Source: Oscillospiraceae bacterium
GTDB lineage: Bacteria > Bacillota > Clostridia > Oscillospirales > CAG-272
NCBI GenBank assembly: GCA_015064585.1
Contig: SVRY01000001.1
Span: forward strand, 61,558 to 125,557
DNA: 64,000 nucleotides
Reading direction: 5' to 3'
Shown here: positions 35,245 to 45,585 of the stretch, one piece after another
Layout of the letters: each line of letters opens with the position of its first letter
Numbering within the stretch: the first letter of the stretch is position 1
The notes under the pieces: generated by a model
What the model was told of the DNA's origin: nothing
Seen by the model: the letters and a program-made list of their open reading frames with translations, nothing else
Database searches by the model: none
Made by a program: the position numbers and the translations under genes

Positions 35245-36654
35245 TTATTTGGTGTTTGTTGATGGCTTTCTCTCACGGTCCTCGGGAATGTATACCAACA
35301 GATATTCGCTGTTGGCATCGCCGTTTATGTCATCCCTTGCGGGAAAACCGGGGACCCAAAGCGGACCCATGTCATCACACACAATAGGGAGTGTGTTCCG
35401 CATGGCGGGAGAAAGCCCTGTTTGCCAGAGAAGTTTTTTTATCCGGCGTGTCATGCCGCCGATACGGATGGTATCGGACGGTTGGCGGTAACGCCAATAC
35501 AGATTGCTACTTAGTATAGCAGAACTGACAGGGGTTTTGATTGCTAAATTGTAAACTTTTTCCGATCTTTGTGTTTCTTTTTCAAATTGTATACAGGATA
35601 CAATACGAATGTGATTGTCGGATGAAGGGGAGCTGTTGTTTTTTTGAAAAATCGGATGGCGGACATGGGTCGGAAGGTGAGAGACGGCTTCTCGGTCTGT
35701 CGGCACAAAAATTAAAGCTGTTTTTGTACGCAGTGCCGAAATGCAGCCCGGCAGATCAATTCTATTGCCGGTGCACCCCTCTTTGATGAGCCATATAAGA
35801 TTATTATAATGCTCTTTTTCAATGCCAAGTCCGCCTGCTTTTTCGTATTCTCGTTTGAGGGTACGGATCAATAAGGGGCGGGGCATGGCAAAAAGCTCTG
35901 CAAGATGGGGCATGTGGTCAGGAATCTGTGTGTTTAAAAACAGATCGTCCTCCCGCAGGGCGTCACTCATTGACAGACTTGCCTTGGCGGCATTGGGATT
36001 GATGTGGCGCATGCCGGGCATAAGAACGCTTCGGATGTAGTTGCGGGTATAATCCGTATTGCTGTTGGTGCTGTCGGTTACATAGTCTTGATCCACTATT
36101 TTGAGATAATGCAGGATCTCTTCTTTGGTTAGAGAAAGCATGGGGCGAATGATATTATCCCGCGCGGGGGCAATTCCCTGCATTCCTCTTGTTCCGCTGC
36201 CGCGCGCCAAATGAAACAAAACGGTTTCCAGATGATCGTCTGCGTTATGAGCAGTGGCTATTATGTCGCAGCCTGCCGATGCTGCAGTGGATTGCAAAGC
36301 ATTGTACCGCAATTTACGCGCAGTTTCTTCCATGCCTCGTTTTTCTGCCTTTGCCGTGGCGGGGACATCTATATGCACACAATAAAACGCAATGCCTAGT
36401 TTTTGGCAAAGCAGGCGGCAAAACAGTTCGTCGCGCTCTGCTTCCTTTTCGCGAATGCCGTGATGGACATGGCAGGCTGAAAGCAGAAATTGTTTTTGCG
36501 GCGCAATTTCGTTAAAAAGCCGCAGGAGAGCCACCGAATCGGCTCCTCCCGACAGCGCGATTAAAATATGTGTATTTTCTTTGGACGGCAGGTGAACCAA
36601 GGAAAGGCAGTGAGAAAGCCCTGAAAGAAACTGTTCTCTTGTGTTTTGAGGCAT
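35245..36654 (-). CDS. tilS: tRNA(Ile)-lysidine synthetase
   Basis: 469 aa with the PP-loop ALSGGADSVAL and a TilS-type N-terminal domain. Confidence 0.9.
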   Translation of the reverse strand: MPQNTREQFLSGLSHCLSLVHLPSKENTHILIALSGGADSVALLRLFNEIAPQKQFLLSACHVHHGIREKEAERDELFCRLLCQKLGIAFYCVHIDVPATAKAEKRGMEETARKLRYNALQSTAASAGCDIIATAHNADDHLETVLFHLARGSGTRGMQGIAPARDNIIRPMLSLTKEEILHYLKIVDQDYVTDSTNSNTDYTRNYIRSVLMPGMRHINPNAAKASLSMSDALREDDLFLNTQIPDHMPHLAELFAMPRPLLIRTLKREYEKAGGLGIEKEHYNNLIWLIKEGCTGNRIDLPGCISALRTKTALIFVPTDREAVSHLPTHVRHPIFQKNNSSPSSDNHIRIVSCIQFEKETQRSEKVYNLAIKTPVSSAILSSNLYWRYRQPSDTIRIGGMTRRIKKLLWQTGLSPAMRNTLPIVCDDMGPLWVPGFPARDDINGDANSEYLLVYIPEDRERKPSTNTK

Positions 36655-36656
36655 AT

Positions 36657-37994
36657 TCAGGGCTCCTCAACATCCGAAATGGACGAAAACTTGGTATATT
36701 GTCCAAACCAACCCAGTTTGGCGGTTCCCACCGATCCGTGTCGGTTTTTGGCAATAATGACTTCTGCCTCGGTTTGACCGTCTTTGCTTTCTCTGTCGTA
36801 GTATTCATCACGGTATAGGAACATAACGATATCTGCATCCTGCTCGATAGCACCCGAGTCACGCAGGTCGGAGAGCATGGGGCGTTTATCTGTTCTGGAT
36901 TCGGGGCCGCGGGAAAGCTGAGCGCAGCAGATGATCGGAATCCCCAGATCCTTTGCCATGATCTTTAAATTTCTCGAAATTTCAGAAACTTCCTGTACTC
37001 GGTTATCAATACGGCGGTCACTTTGCATCAAACCCAAATAGTCGATTACCACCATACCCAGATTTTTTACTCGGCGCAGCTTGGCTTTCATGGAGGTGAC
37101 CGAAACACCGGATGTATCGTCGATGTAGATATCGCATTCCGATAGGTAGGAAGAGGCATCAGCCAACCGTTTCCACTGTTCGTCGCTCAGTTTTCCCGAG
37201 CGCAGTGCATAACTGTCTACCAGCGCTTCGCTGGACAGCATGCGCGAGACGAGCTGTGTTTTTGACATTTCAAGCGAAAAAATACAAACGGCTTTGCCTG
37301 AACTGCGGGCAACATTGGTTGCCAGATTCAGTGCATAACTGGTTTTACCCATACCGGGACGGGCGCCGACTAACACAAGGTCTCCTTTGCCGAATCCCAC
37401 GAGCAGTCGGTCGACTTCGGAAAATCCGGAAGGCGTTCCAAGGGCTTCTCCTTTGTTCTTGATGATTTCATCGAGTTGCGCATATGTGTCGATCAATACG
37501 TCACGAATGTGGGTAAAATCCCCCTTGGCAGTTTCTTCTGAAAGACCGAGTATCTTGCCGCCTGCCATATCCAGAATGTCCTGGGCGGTATCTTGTTGCT
37601 CATAAGCCAGGGTGCCGATCTCATCACATGCGGAGATCAAGCGGCGAAGCAAACTTTTGTCGCGTACGATTTTGGCATAGTCGGCGATGTTGGCGGCAGA
37701 GGGGACGATTTCTGCGATGACTTTCATATAGGCAACGCTTTCATCTCGATTATATACCCCGGAAGCTACCAGAGTTTCAATTAAAGTAACAAGGTCAATG
37801 GTGCGGCTTTGCAGAAACAGCTTTTGCATGGCAAGATAGATCTCGCTGTGCTCTTTCATATAAAAGTCGGTGCTTTGAATAATGCCCGAAATATCGCCAA
37901 AGCGTTCCGGATCAATCAGTATGGAGCCTAAAACGGATTGTTCTGCTTCCATACTGTGGGGCATAACTCTTGCCCCGAATAATGTGTCAGCCAA
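36657..37994 (-). CDS. dnaB: Replicative DNA helicase (DnaB family; DnaC in B. subtilis nomenclature)
   Basis: 445 aa: PHSMEAEQSVLGSIL, Walker A GARPGMGKTS, VVIDYLGLM, AQLSR. Confidence 0.95.
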   Translation of the reverse strand: MADTLFGARVMPHSMEAEQSVLGSILIDPERFGDISGIIQSTDFYMKEHSEIYLAMQKLFLQSRTIDLVTLIETLVASGVYNRDESVAYMKVIAEIVPSAANIADYAKIVRDKSLLRRLISACDEIGTLAYEQQDTAQDILDMAGGKILGLSEETAKGDFTHIRDVLIDTYAQLDEIIKNKGEALGTPSGFSEVDRLLVGFGKGDLVLVGARPGMGKTSYALNLATNVARSSGKAVCIFSLEMSKTQLVSRMLSSEALVDSYALRSGKLSDEQWKRLADASSYLSECDIYIDDTSGVSVTSMKAKLRRVKNLGMVVIDYLGLMQSDRRIDNRVQEVSEISRNLKIMAKDLGIPIICCAQLSRGPESRTDKRPMLSDLRDSGAIEQDADIVMFLYRDEYYDRESKDGQTEAEVIIAKNRHGSVGTAKLGWFGQYTKFSSISDVEEP

Positions 37995-38008
37995 CGGTAT
38001 GTCCTCCG

Positions 38009-38449
38009 TCAGCCTGTAATGAGCAGATGAATATTGCCCACAACATCGGTGTACAAACGAACTTCCAGCGTGTAGCTGCCAAAGGCTTTGATGGGATCCA
38101 TGGAGATCTTGCGGCGGTCAACGGTGATGCCGTGTTGTGCGGCAAGCTGTTCGGCAACTTCCTTAGAAGTCACTGCGCCGTAAAATCTGCCGTCAGAGCC
38201 GGCGGATGCCTTAATTCTGACCTGAACGGTATCCAGTTTTTCTGCCAGTTCTCTAGCTTGCTTCTTTTCTTGCTCAATTTTGTAAAGACGGGCTTCCTCT
38301 TTGTTTTTTAAATCGGCAAGTGCGCCTTTGTCTGCTTCAACAGCCAGCTTTCTGGGGAATAGAAAATTGCGGGCATAGCCATCCGAAACGGTGATCAGAT
38401 CGCCTTTTTTTCCCTGTGCTTTTACATCTTGCAATAAAATAACTTTCAT
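38009..38449 (-). CDS. rplI: 50S ribosomal protein L9
   Basis: 146 aa: [32 protein letters not shown]. Confidence 0.95.
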   Translation of the reverse strand: MKVILLQDVKAQGKKGDLITVSDGYARNFLFPRKLAVEADKGALADLKNKEEARLYKIEQEKKQARELAEKLDTVQVRIKASAGSDGRFYGAVTSKEVAEQLAAQHGITVDRRKISMDPIKAFGSYTLEVRLYTDVVGNIHLLITG

Positions 38450-38489
38450 TTGGTATAACCTATCCTTTCAAGGGTTCTTTTTTTCTGTT

Positions 38490-40523
38490 TTATTTTTTCT
38501 TTTCTTTTTCTTCTTGTTCTTTCAGATATTCATAAACGGCTTTTTCCAAAAGATCTGCCGCTTCATCGGGAGTGACATTGCTCATGCTGGTAGCAGCGGC
38601 TTCAAAATGGCCTCCTCCGCCCAGTTTTTCCATGATGCGTTGTACATTGATCTTACCGCCGGAACGTGCGGAGATACGAATGGCGCCGTCTACTAAGCAA
38701 ATTGCAAAGGATGCCAATACACCGTCAATGGAAAGCAGTTTATCGGCTGCTTTGGCGGCAGCGATACGGTCGCCTGCCGTGTTATCCTCTCTGTGAGAAA
38801 TGGCAATCACGACAGTTTCGTTGGCGATAGAACGAAGATCGGTGAAGAAGTAGGATTCGCGCATAAAATCATAGCGGCTGGCGGCAAACAGCTCTTGTAC
38901 TTCCACAGGATTTGCGCCTTCGCTTTCCAAATACTGGGCTGCACTAAAGGTTTTGGTACCGGTATTGATGGCAAACTTTTTGGTGTCCAGTACAATACCT
39001 GCCAGCATCAGCTCTGCTTCATCCTTGGCAAGCGCACCTGCGGGAAGTGTTTGCTCTAACATGTCGGCAACCAGTTCACAGGTGGAGCTGGCGGTGGGGT
39101 CAATATATTTTACAACAGGTCGGGTATCAAATTCAGCTGCTTGTCTGTGATGGTCGATATACGCAATATTGTTGGCATTTGCAGCAAGATCTGCCGACTC
39201 AAACTGTGTTTTGTTGTTTACGTCGGCAATGATCAGAAGTGTATCGGAGCGCAGACGGTCTTGCGCGGTAAAGCTGTCAATGAACATTTCTTCAAATCCG
39301 GAAAGTCTGCGTGCTTTTTCAAAGCACTTGGCAAGCGAGGCATCGCGCAAATTGGAAACGATATTGACCGGTTTGCTGCTGTCGCACATCAAACAAAAAC
39401 GGGCAAGACCTACGCAGGCACCGAATGCGTCAAAGTCGGCATTGCGATGTCCCATGATTAAAACAGAGGATGCGTTTTGTACACAGGAAGCCAGGCTCGA
39501 AGCGATTACGCGTGCACGCACTTTAGTACGCTTTTGGAAGGATTTTGTTACACCGCCATAGAAAAAGATACTGTTGCCTTCTTTGGCGACCGCTTGGTCG
39601 CCGCCGCGTTGTAACGCCATTTCCAGAGCTCCCGAAGCTGCTGCGGCTTTTTGGGTCAAAGAACCTTCTACTTTGGCAGTGCCGATAGAAATTGTGACAG
39701 GGGTGTTGTTTTCGCCTACGCGAATCTCCCTGACCTTGTCCAATACCGAAAATTTGGATTCGGCAAATTTGCGAAATTGAGAAGCTTCATAAAAGAAAAT
39801 ATATTTATCGCGGCTGTATTCATTCAGTACGCCTCCGGTGTCTTTGCACCAGTCTTCCAAAATTGCGTGTACTTGCGAAGCAACCGAACGGTAGTTTCCC
39901 TGCACAAACTGCATCAGTTCTTCCAGGTTGTCGATAGTGATGTATGCGACAAGGGTTTGTTCCTCTGCCATTTTGTGTTCCAAGGCACGCATTGCGGTCA
40001 ATTCTTCCCATACTGTAATATAAACAGGGCGGTCATCCGAAACGGTGAGGAATGCTTTGATGTTGAAAACACGATCCGAAAAGGTGCATTCGATGCCCGC
40101 TTTGTCGTTTATCAGTGTGTCCAGTTGACGGGTAAACAGTTGGTGAATGCTTTCGCCGCGCAGATCTTTTCCGTCCAGTACGTCACGGCAGGCTGCGTTC
40201 ATCCAGCTGATCTTTTCGTTTTTATCACAAATGAGAATGGGCATTGTGGCGCGCGAAAGTGTTTGCAGAGACAGAGAGCCCGAGAAAAGCAGATCGTTGA
40301 TATCGGAGTTGCTGCGCGCAGTTTTGATGAAATAGAATACAACAACACCGAGAACGATCATACAAATGTATACTACCAATATCATATATCCGATACTGAC
40401 GGCTTCCGATTGGCTTAGATAGCTCAAAATTATATATGCGGTAATGCTGAGAAGACCCAGTGCCAAACTCAGAATGGTTGGCAGCATGGAGCGAAACATT
40501 TTATTTCGGAATTTGTTTTTCAT
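38490..40523 (-). CDS. gdpP: Cyclic-di-AMP phosphodiesterase GdpP (YybT-type DHH/DHHA1 membrane protein)
   Basis: 677 aa from ATG 40523 (AAAGGAG RBS). Two N-terminal TM segments, a PAS-like and a degenerate GGDEF-like region, DHH (GHRNADFDAFG, IDHHR) and DHHA1 (GGGGH). The gdpP-rplI-dnaB order matches B. subtilis. Confidence 0.85.
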   Translation of the reverse strand: MKNKFRNKMFRSMLPTILSLALGLLSITAYIILSYLSQSEAVSIGYMILVVYICMIVLGVVVFYFIKTARSNSDINDLLFSGSLSLQTLSRATMPILICDKNEKISWMNAACRDVLDGKDLRGESIHQLFTRQLDTLINDKAGIECTFSDRVFNIKAFLTVSDDRPVYITVWEELTAMRALEHKMAEEQTLVAYITIDNLEELMQFVQGNYRSVASQVHAILEDWCKDTGGVLNEYSRDKYIFFYEASQFRKFAESKFSVLDKVREIRVGENNTPVTISIGTAKVEGSLTQKAAAASGALEMALQRGGDQAVAKEGNSIFFYGGVTKSFQKRTKVRARVIASSLASCVQNASSVLIMGHRNADFDAFGACVGLARFCLMCDSSKPVNIVSNLRDASLAKCFEKARRLSGFEEMFIDSFTAQDRLRSDTLLIIADVNNKTQFESADLAANANNIAYIDHHRQAAEFDTRPVVKYIDPTASSTCELVADMLEQTLPAGALAKDEAELMLAGIVLDTKKFAINTGTKTFSAAQYLESEGANPVEVQELFAASRYDFMRESYFFTDLRSIANETVVIAISHREDNTAGDRIAAAKAADKLLSIDGVLASFAICLVDGAIRISARSGGKINVQRIMEKLGGGGHFEAAATSMSNVTPDEAADLLEKAVYEYLKEQEEKEKKK

Positions 40524-40766
40524 TTTGAATCTCCTTTGGCATGGAATATACCTATTCACAGTAGATTATAGCACAAAATTTTCGATTTGTAAACCATATC
40601 TTGGATGGTTTTGGAGTCGGTTTTAAAAAAAGTTGCATTTTGTTTCGATGTGTGTTATTATATAAAGGGATGAGGTATATTTCCAAATCCTTGCACATAT
40701 GATACAATATTAAACTAAATGCTTTGGATGATTTTCAAAAGCATTGCCGGGAAAGGATATGAATAA

Positions 40767-41285
40767 ATGATTACTTTTAAAGAAATGTTGCCGCAAGAAC
40801 TTAGCGAAAACACTTTTCGCATGATCGGTGACGATTGGATGCTGATTACCGCAATGGATCCCGCAAATGGCTCGTATAACACCATGACGGCAAGTTGGGG
40901 CGGCTTGGGAGTCTTGTTCCACAAGCCGGTTGCCTATATTTTTATCCGTCCCCAGCGGTATACCAAAGAGTTTGTTGACCGTGCCGATCAGATCACGCTG
41001 TCGTTTTTTGGAGGCGATATGCGTCGCGCCCTGCAGTTTTGCGGTTCCAAATCCGGAAGAGACTGCGACAAGATCAAACAGGCAGGGCTATCGGCGTTTG
41101 TGGATGGAAAAATAGTTGGCTTTAAAGAAGCGGAAAAAATATTTGTTTGCCGAAAGTTATATGCTTCTCCTTTGATGAAAGAAGGGTTTGTCGGGGACAA
41201 AATTCCTCGGTCGGTATATGCAGACGATGATTACCACACAATGTACATTCTTGAGATTGAAAAGATATTGACAAAACAAATATGA
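40767..41285 (+). CDS. Flavin reductase-like (FMN-binding split-barrel) family protein
   Basis: 172 aa. NTMTASWGGLGVLFHKPVAYIFIRPQRYT is typical of the flavin reductase domain family. Confidence 0.7.
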   Translation: MITFKEMLPQELSENTFRMIGDDWMLITAMDPANGSYNTMTASWGGLGVLFHKPVAYIFIRPQRYTKEFVDRADQITLSFFGGDMRRALQFCGSKSGRDCDKIKQAGLSAFVDGKIVGFKEAEKIFVCRKLYASPLMKEGFVGDKIPRSVYADDDYHTMYILEIEKILTKQI

Positions 41286-42067
41286 TAACAAGGAAAACTA
41301 AAAACGGTGTTGTTTATTACCGCAGTACCATACTGAAAAATCCCCATGGTTTTTCCACCCGTTTGGGCGGAGTGAGCAGCAAGGCACATTTGGCTTCTAT
41401 GAATTTGGGGCAGGACAGAGGAGACAGCCAAGAAACACTAAGAGAAAATTACCGTCGGTTTCATGCGGCAGCAGAACTGCCCTGTGCAATGGTCTATGCA
41501 CATCAGATCCATTCTGATCTTGTATTGACGCTTGACAGGATGCCCGATGCGGCGTGGGAAATTCCGCAGTGTGACGGCTTTGTAACATCTGTTCCTGAGT
41601 TGACGCTGGCAGTCAAGATTGCCGACTGCCTGCCTGTTCTTTTGGAAGATTGTCAGGCGGGGGTGATCGGTGCTGTACATGCCGGGTGGAGGGGGAGTGC
41701 AAAAGGAATTGTTTTGCGCTCCCTTGAAAAAATGGAGGCCCTTGGTGCAAAACGGGAACGTATCCATGCTGTGATCGGACCGCGCATTGGGGGGTGCTGT
41801 TTTGAGGTGAAGGAGGACTTTGTTTTAGAATATCTTTCGTTGCTGGGAAATTTCGGAAAGCAATTTTTATATATCAGGCAGGACAAAACATTTTGTGATC
41901 TTCCCTCTCTTAACCGCGAATTGCTGTTTACGGGCGGGGTCTTGCCTGAACATTTTGAGGATTCCGGGCTTTGTACCTGCTGCCAACCGAATGTGTTCTT
42001 TTCCCACCGCGCCTCGGGCGGAAAACGGGGGACAATGGCAGCAATGATTGCGTTGAAGCATGAATGA
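41282..42067 (+). CDS. pgeF: Peptidoglycan editing factor PgeF (YfiH / laccase-domain protein)
   Basis: 261 aa: HQIHSD...DGFVT...ADCLPVLL...HAGWRG...C..F..SHR. 4-nt overlap with the upstream gene. Confidence 0.85.
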   Translation: MITRKTKNGVVYYRSTILKNPHGFSTRLGGVSSKAHLASMNLGQDRGDSQETLRENYRRFHAAAELPCAMVYAHQIHSDLVLTLDRMPDAAWEIPQCDGFVTSVPELTLAVKIADCLPVLLEDCQAGVIGAVHAGWRGSAKGIVLRSLEKMEALGAKRERIHAVIGPRIGGCCFEVKEDFVLEYLSLLGNFGKQFLYIRQDKTFCDLPSLNRELLFTGGVLPEHFEDSGLCTCCQPNVFFSHRASGGKRGTMAAMIALKHE

Positions 42068-42112
42068 CTTTTTAGGCATAAAAAACATGTGAATGGATCA
42101 TATATTGTATAT

Positions 42113-42152
42113 AGAAAAGATCTTTGCCTTTTGTTGGATGAAGATCTTTTTT
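42113..42152 (+). terminator. Rho-independent terminator after pgeF
   Basis: GAAAAGATCTT, loop, AAGATCTTTTTT. Confidence 0.7.
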
Positions 42153-42226
42153 GATTTGAATGCTTCTGTTTGAACGGCATCGGTAAAATTTTTTGTCTTT
42201 TTGCACACTTTTTTCACGCTTCGTTC

Positions 42227-42255
42227 TTGATTTGTTTACAATGTTATGATAGAAT
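42227..42255 (+). promoter_or_regulatory. Sigma-A type promoter candidate for the ABC-2 operon
   Basis: TTGATT (42227-42232), 17 nt, TAGAAT (42250-42255). Confidence 0.5.
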
Positions 42256-42343
42256 AAAAAAGATGGCGGATTATACCTCGTCAACATATGTATTTCTCCT
42301 GTCCCAGAGACGGTTGCAGTATAACATGAAAGGAAGTCCAACT

Positions 42344-43321
42344 ATGATCAAAATTCAGAATCTGGTGAAGAACTATGGCGGCATTCAAGCTGTCAAGAAT
42401 ATTAGCTTTACCGTGGAAGAAGGCGAAATTGTAGGTTTTCTCGGGCCAAACGGCGCGGGCAAGTCTACGGTTATGAATATTCTTACGGGATATCTTTCCT
42501 CAACTTCGGGTGAGGTGGAAGTAAACGGCATTAATGTGCTGGAAAATCCCCTGGAAGCTAAAAGGCAGATTGGTTATCTGCCCGAACAGCCCCCGTTGTA
42601 CCCCGATATGACAGTAAAGGAGTACCTTTCTTTTGTATATGATCTCAAGGGCTGTAAACTCAAAAAGGAAGCGCACCTTTCCGAAATTTGCGATGTGGTT
42701 AAAATCAAAGATGTATATAACCGCGTGATCCGTAACTTGTCAAAAGGCTACCGCCAACGTGTGGGAATTGCACAAGCGCTGATCGGCAATCCTAAGGTTG
42801 TTATTTTTGACGAGCCTACCGTTGGGCTTGATCCCAAGCAGATTATTGAGATCCGTACCTTGATTCGTGATTTGGGACGCAATCATACCGTTATTCTCAG
42901 TACCCATATTCTGCCCGAGGTACAGGCTGTTTGTGATCGCATTGTCATTATCAGCAAAGGCAAAATTGTTGCCAACGAAAAGACAGTGGAAATCAGCCGT
43001 GCGGTTGAAGGGGCAGGCAAATTGAGCATTAAGATTTGCGGTCCCGAAAAGGAAGTATTGGCAACTCTGCGTTCGACATCCGGCGTGCAGTCGGCTGAGG
43101 TGCTGGGCGCGCGTGATTCTGACAGTATTACCTATTACGTGGAAAGCACAGGCGGACTGGATATTCGAAAGATTCTGTTCCGTACTATGGCACAAAAGGG
43201 TTGGCCCATTATCGGTATGGAATCGCTGGGAGTTAATTTGGAGGATGTATTCCTCTCTGTTGTAGAAGATCCCGGCACCACCGGAACCAAAAAGAAGAAT
43301 GTGAAGGGAGGCAAAGCATAA
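42344..43321 (+). CDS. ABC transporter ATP-binding protein (ABC-2 / GldA-like subfamily)
   Basis: 325 aa from ATG 42344 (AAAGGAAG RBS). Walker A GPNGAGKST, signature LSKGYRQR, Walker B VVIFDEP. The track's 58-codon extension lies in non-coding leader. Confidence 0.9.
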   Translation: MIKIQNLVKNYGGIQAVKNISFTVEEGEIVGFLGPNGAGKSTVMNILTGYLSSTSGEVEVNGINVLENPLEAKRQIGYLPEQPPLYPDMTVKEYLSFVYDLKGCKLKKEAHLSEICDVVKIKDVYNRVIRNLSKGYRQRVGIAQALIGNPKVVIFDEPTVGLDPKQIIEIRTLIRDLGRNHTVILSTHILPEVQAVCDRIVIISKGKIVANEKTVEISRAVEGAGKLSIKICGPEKEVLATLRSTSGVQSAEVLGARDSDSITYYVESTGGLDIRKILFRTMAQKGWPIIGMESLGVNLEDVFLSVVEDPGTTGTKKKNVKGGKA

Positions 43322-44025
43322 TGCTGGCACTTCTGAAAAAGGAAATTCATTCCTATTTTACTACCCCTATTGGATATGCATTTATTGCCATTTATTTGGC
43401 TGTTAACGGTGTATTGTTCACTGTTTTTACATTGAAATCCGGCTACTCCACGCCTGAAACCTACTTCACTTGGTCTGTTTTGGCGCTTATCTTGCTGGTT
43501 CCGATTTTGACCATGAAGAGCTTTTCCGAAGAGCGGAAAATGAAAACTGACCAACTTTTGCTGACTGCCCCCATTTCCCTTGGTGCGGTAGTGGGTGCCA
43601 AGCTGCTGGGTGCTTATGTTGTATACGTGATCACCGTATTGGCAAGCACGCTTAATTGTATTGCTCTTGGTATTTACGGCAAGATCAATCTTGGCGTTCT
43701 TTTTGGTTCGTATCTGAGCCTGCTTTTGATCGGGCTTGCCTGCATTGCCATTGGCGTGTTTGTTTCTGCCCTGACCGAGAACCAGTTGGTTGCGGCAGTG
43801 TTTACCATGGGATTGTTGCTTATCATTATCTATATCAGCTTGTTCAATTCGCAGATCGAAAACGACTTTCTGCGTTCGGTTCTGAGCTGGATCTCTTTGC
43901 TGGATCGTTATGCGCTGTTTACCTACGGCATGTTTGACCTGTCGGCTTTGATTTATTATATTTCGATTGCAGGTGTGTTCTATTTCTTAACCATCCGTGT
44001 TTTCGAAAAACGCCGCTGGGAATAA
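43321..44025 (+). CDS. ABC-2 family transporter permease (GldF-like)
   Basis: 234 aa with about 6 hydrophobic segments. Its start shares 1 nt with the ATPase stop. Confidence 0.8.
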   Translation: MLALLKKEIHSYFTTPIGYAFIAIYLAVNGVLFTVFTLKSGYSTPETYFTWSVLALILLVPILTMKSFSEERKMKTDQLLLTAPISLGAVVGAKLLGAYVVYVITVLASTLNCIALGIYGKINLGVLFGSYLSLLLIGLACIAIGVFVSALTENQLVAAVFTMGLLLIIIYISLFNSQIENDFLRSVLSWISLLDRYALFTYGMFDLSALIYYISIAGVFYFLTIRVFEKRRWE

Positions 44026-44049
44026 TGCGGATAAGAAAGGAACGTAAAA

Positions 44050-45564
44050 ATGAAACTGACAAACAATAAGAAATTTAAATACGGTTCGCTTTCGATTCTG
44101 CTGACCGCACTGTTGATTGTGGTGGTGATTCTTGCGAATGTGGCAATTACCGCGTTGTTCAGCTCGAAGCTTTGGTATATTTACAATGTGGATGGCGATA
44201 TTCTCGATATATCCAAAGTAACTGATGACCTTTTTGCGGAATATGTGAATGAAGAACAGGACAAGATCGAGATCGTGTTTATGACCGACGAGGACCGTGT
44301 CAACTCGATCAACGAGTATATGAAGCAGATTCACGAACTTGCCAAATTGTATGAAAAGCGATATGGTTTTATTTCTGTTAAATATGTGGATTATGTAAAC
44401 GATCCCCAGCAGTGGCTGACCGACTATAGAAAACAGGAAAATAAGATCATCAATACCGAATATGTAATTGTGAAGAAGGCAGGCTCCGATTCTGCCATTA
44501 AAGCACTGCATTATCAGAACTTCCTTGCCACCGATACCAGCAATAACAATGCTGTATTTGCTTTTGCGGGAGAACGTCGTTTTACCATGAGTATTCTTTC
44601 GCTGTATGCGGGTAATACCGTGGCATATCTGACCACCGGGCACGGCGAAGTGTCCCTTGATAAGTTAAATGAATTTAAAAATATCTTGGAGGATACCGGT
44701 TTTACTGTCAAAACTATTGACCTTTCCAAAGAGGACATTGCAGAAGAAGCTGAATTGCTTGTGATTGCGGGTCCTGTAAAGGATTTCAATGATATTACCA
44801 CCGGTATCAATGAAATTGGAAAACTGGAAGCATTCAGCGAGCGCAAGGGTAACATTATGGCGTTTATTGATCCGGGTACAGTGGATGAACTGGATAACCT
44901 GTGTGAATTCTTGGCACAGCGCGGTATGACCTTTAACAATGACCTGGTCTACGAAGATGCGGCACATTCTCTTGTCGGTAATTCTCAGAATGTGATCGGG
45001 ACATTTGTCAGCGATGGTAAAACCGGATCAGGTCTTACTGCCGGTATTCGCGACATGAAGGATGTAAAGGCTCTGCTTAAGCAGGTATGTACCATCACCA
45101 TTAACCGTGCGGGACAGGGACATATTGATGATTCCAAGTTGGCAACCAGCGTATCTGCAGTGCTCACTACTTCCAAAGATGCACAGGCTGAAAACTATGC
45201 AACCAACGAAAAGACCGATGCGGTCAATGCACCTGTAATGGTGTTGATGGAACAAAAATGGGCAGAGAACAATAATACTCTGATTTCATATATTCTTTCT
45301 TGCGGTACTTCCGACTTTATTTCGGATTCCGCACTGACCGGAAGCTATGTGAATGATACCATTTTGTATACAGCGTTGCGCGCCATGGTGGCAAAGAACA
45401 CGCCGGAGGATATTATCAATATTGAATTTGTCAACTATGCAGATATGTCGCTTTCCATCACCGAAGGACAGGCAAATGCATGGATGGTTATTTCCGCTGT
45501 GGTGGTTCCGCTTGCAATCCTGATCACCGGCGTAGTGATTTATATGAAGCGCCGCCACAGATAA
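44050..45564 (+). CDS. GldG-family auxiliary protein of the ABC-2 system
   Basis: 504 aa with N- and C-terminal TM anchors around a large extracytoplasmic domain. The position after the ABC-2 ATPase and permease is as in GldAFG-type modules. Family call is from memory. Confidence 0.7.
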   Translation: MKLTNNKKFKYGSLSILLTALLIVVVILANVAITALFSSKLWYIYNVDGDILDISKVTDDLFAEYVNEEQDKIEIVFMTDEDRVNSINEYMKQIHELAKLYEKRYGFISVKYVDYVNDPQQWLTDYRKQENKIINTEYVIVKKAGSDSAIKALHYQNFLATDTSNNNAVFAFAGERRFTMSILSLYAGNTVAYLTTGHGEVSLDKLNEFKNILEDTGFTVKTIDLSKEDIAEEAELLVIAGPVKDFNDITTGINEIGKLEAFSERKGNIMAFIDPGTVDELDNLCEFLAQRGMTFNNDLVYEDAAHSLVGNSQNVIGTFVSDGKTGSGLTAGIRDMKDVKALLKQVCTITINRAGQGHIDDSKLATSVSAVLTTSKDAQAENYATNEKTDAVNAPVMVLMEQKWAENNNTLISYILSCGTSDFISDSALTGSYVNDTILYTALRAMVAKNTPEDIINIEFVNYADMSLSITEGQANAWMVISAVVVPLAILITGVVIYMKRRHR

Positions 45565-45585
45565 AATCGAGGATACAAATAAATT

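Noticed and set aside
35151-35318. N-terminal extensions of track ORFs: ftsH to 35318, polA from 30382, the EF-G paralogue from 22279, the ABC ATPase from 42170, divIVA from 58019, the HlyD-like gene from 54377, rluD from 62302, rex to 8151, gdpP to 40559, the surface protein to 20612, soj from 25886 and DUF4364 to 13821.
   Set aside because: The extensions overlap upstream genes or terminators, have no homology to the respective families and lack an RBS. Internal ATG or GTG codons with AGGAGG-like sites 5-9 nt upstream reproduce canonical N-termini.
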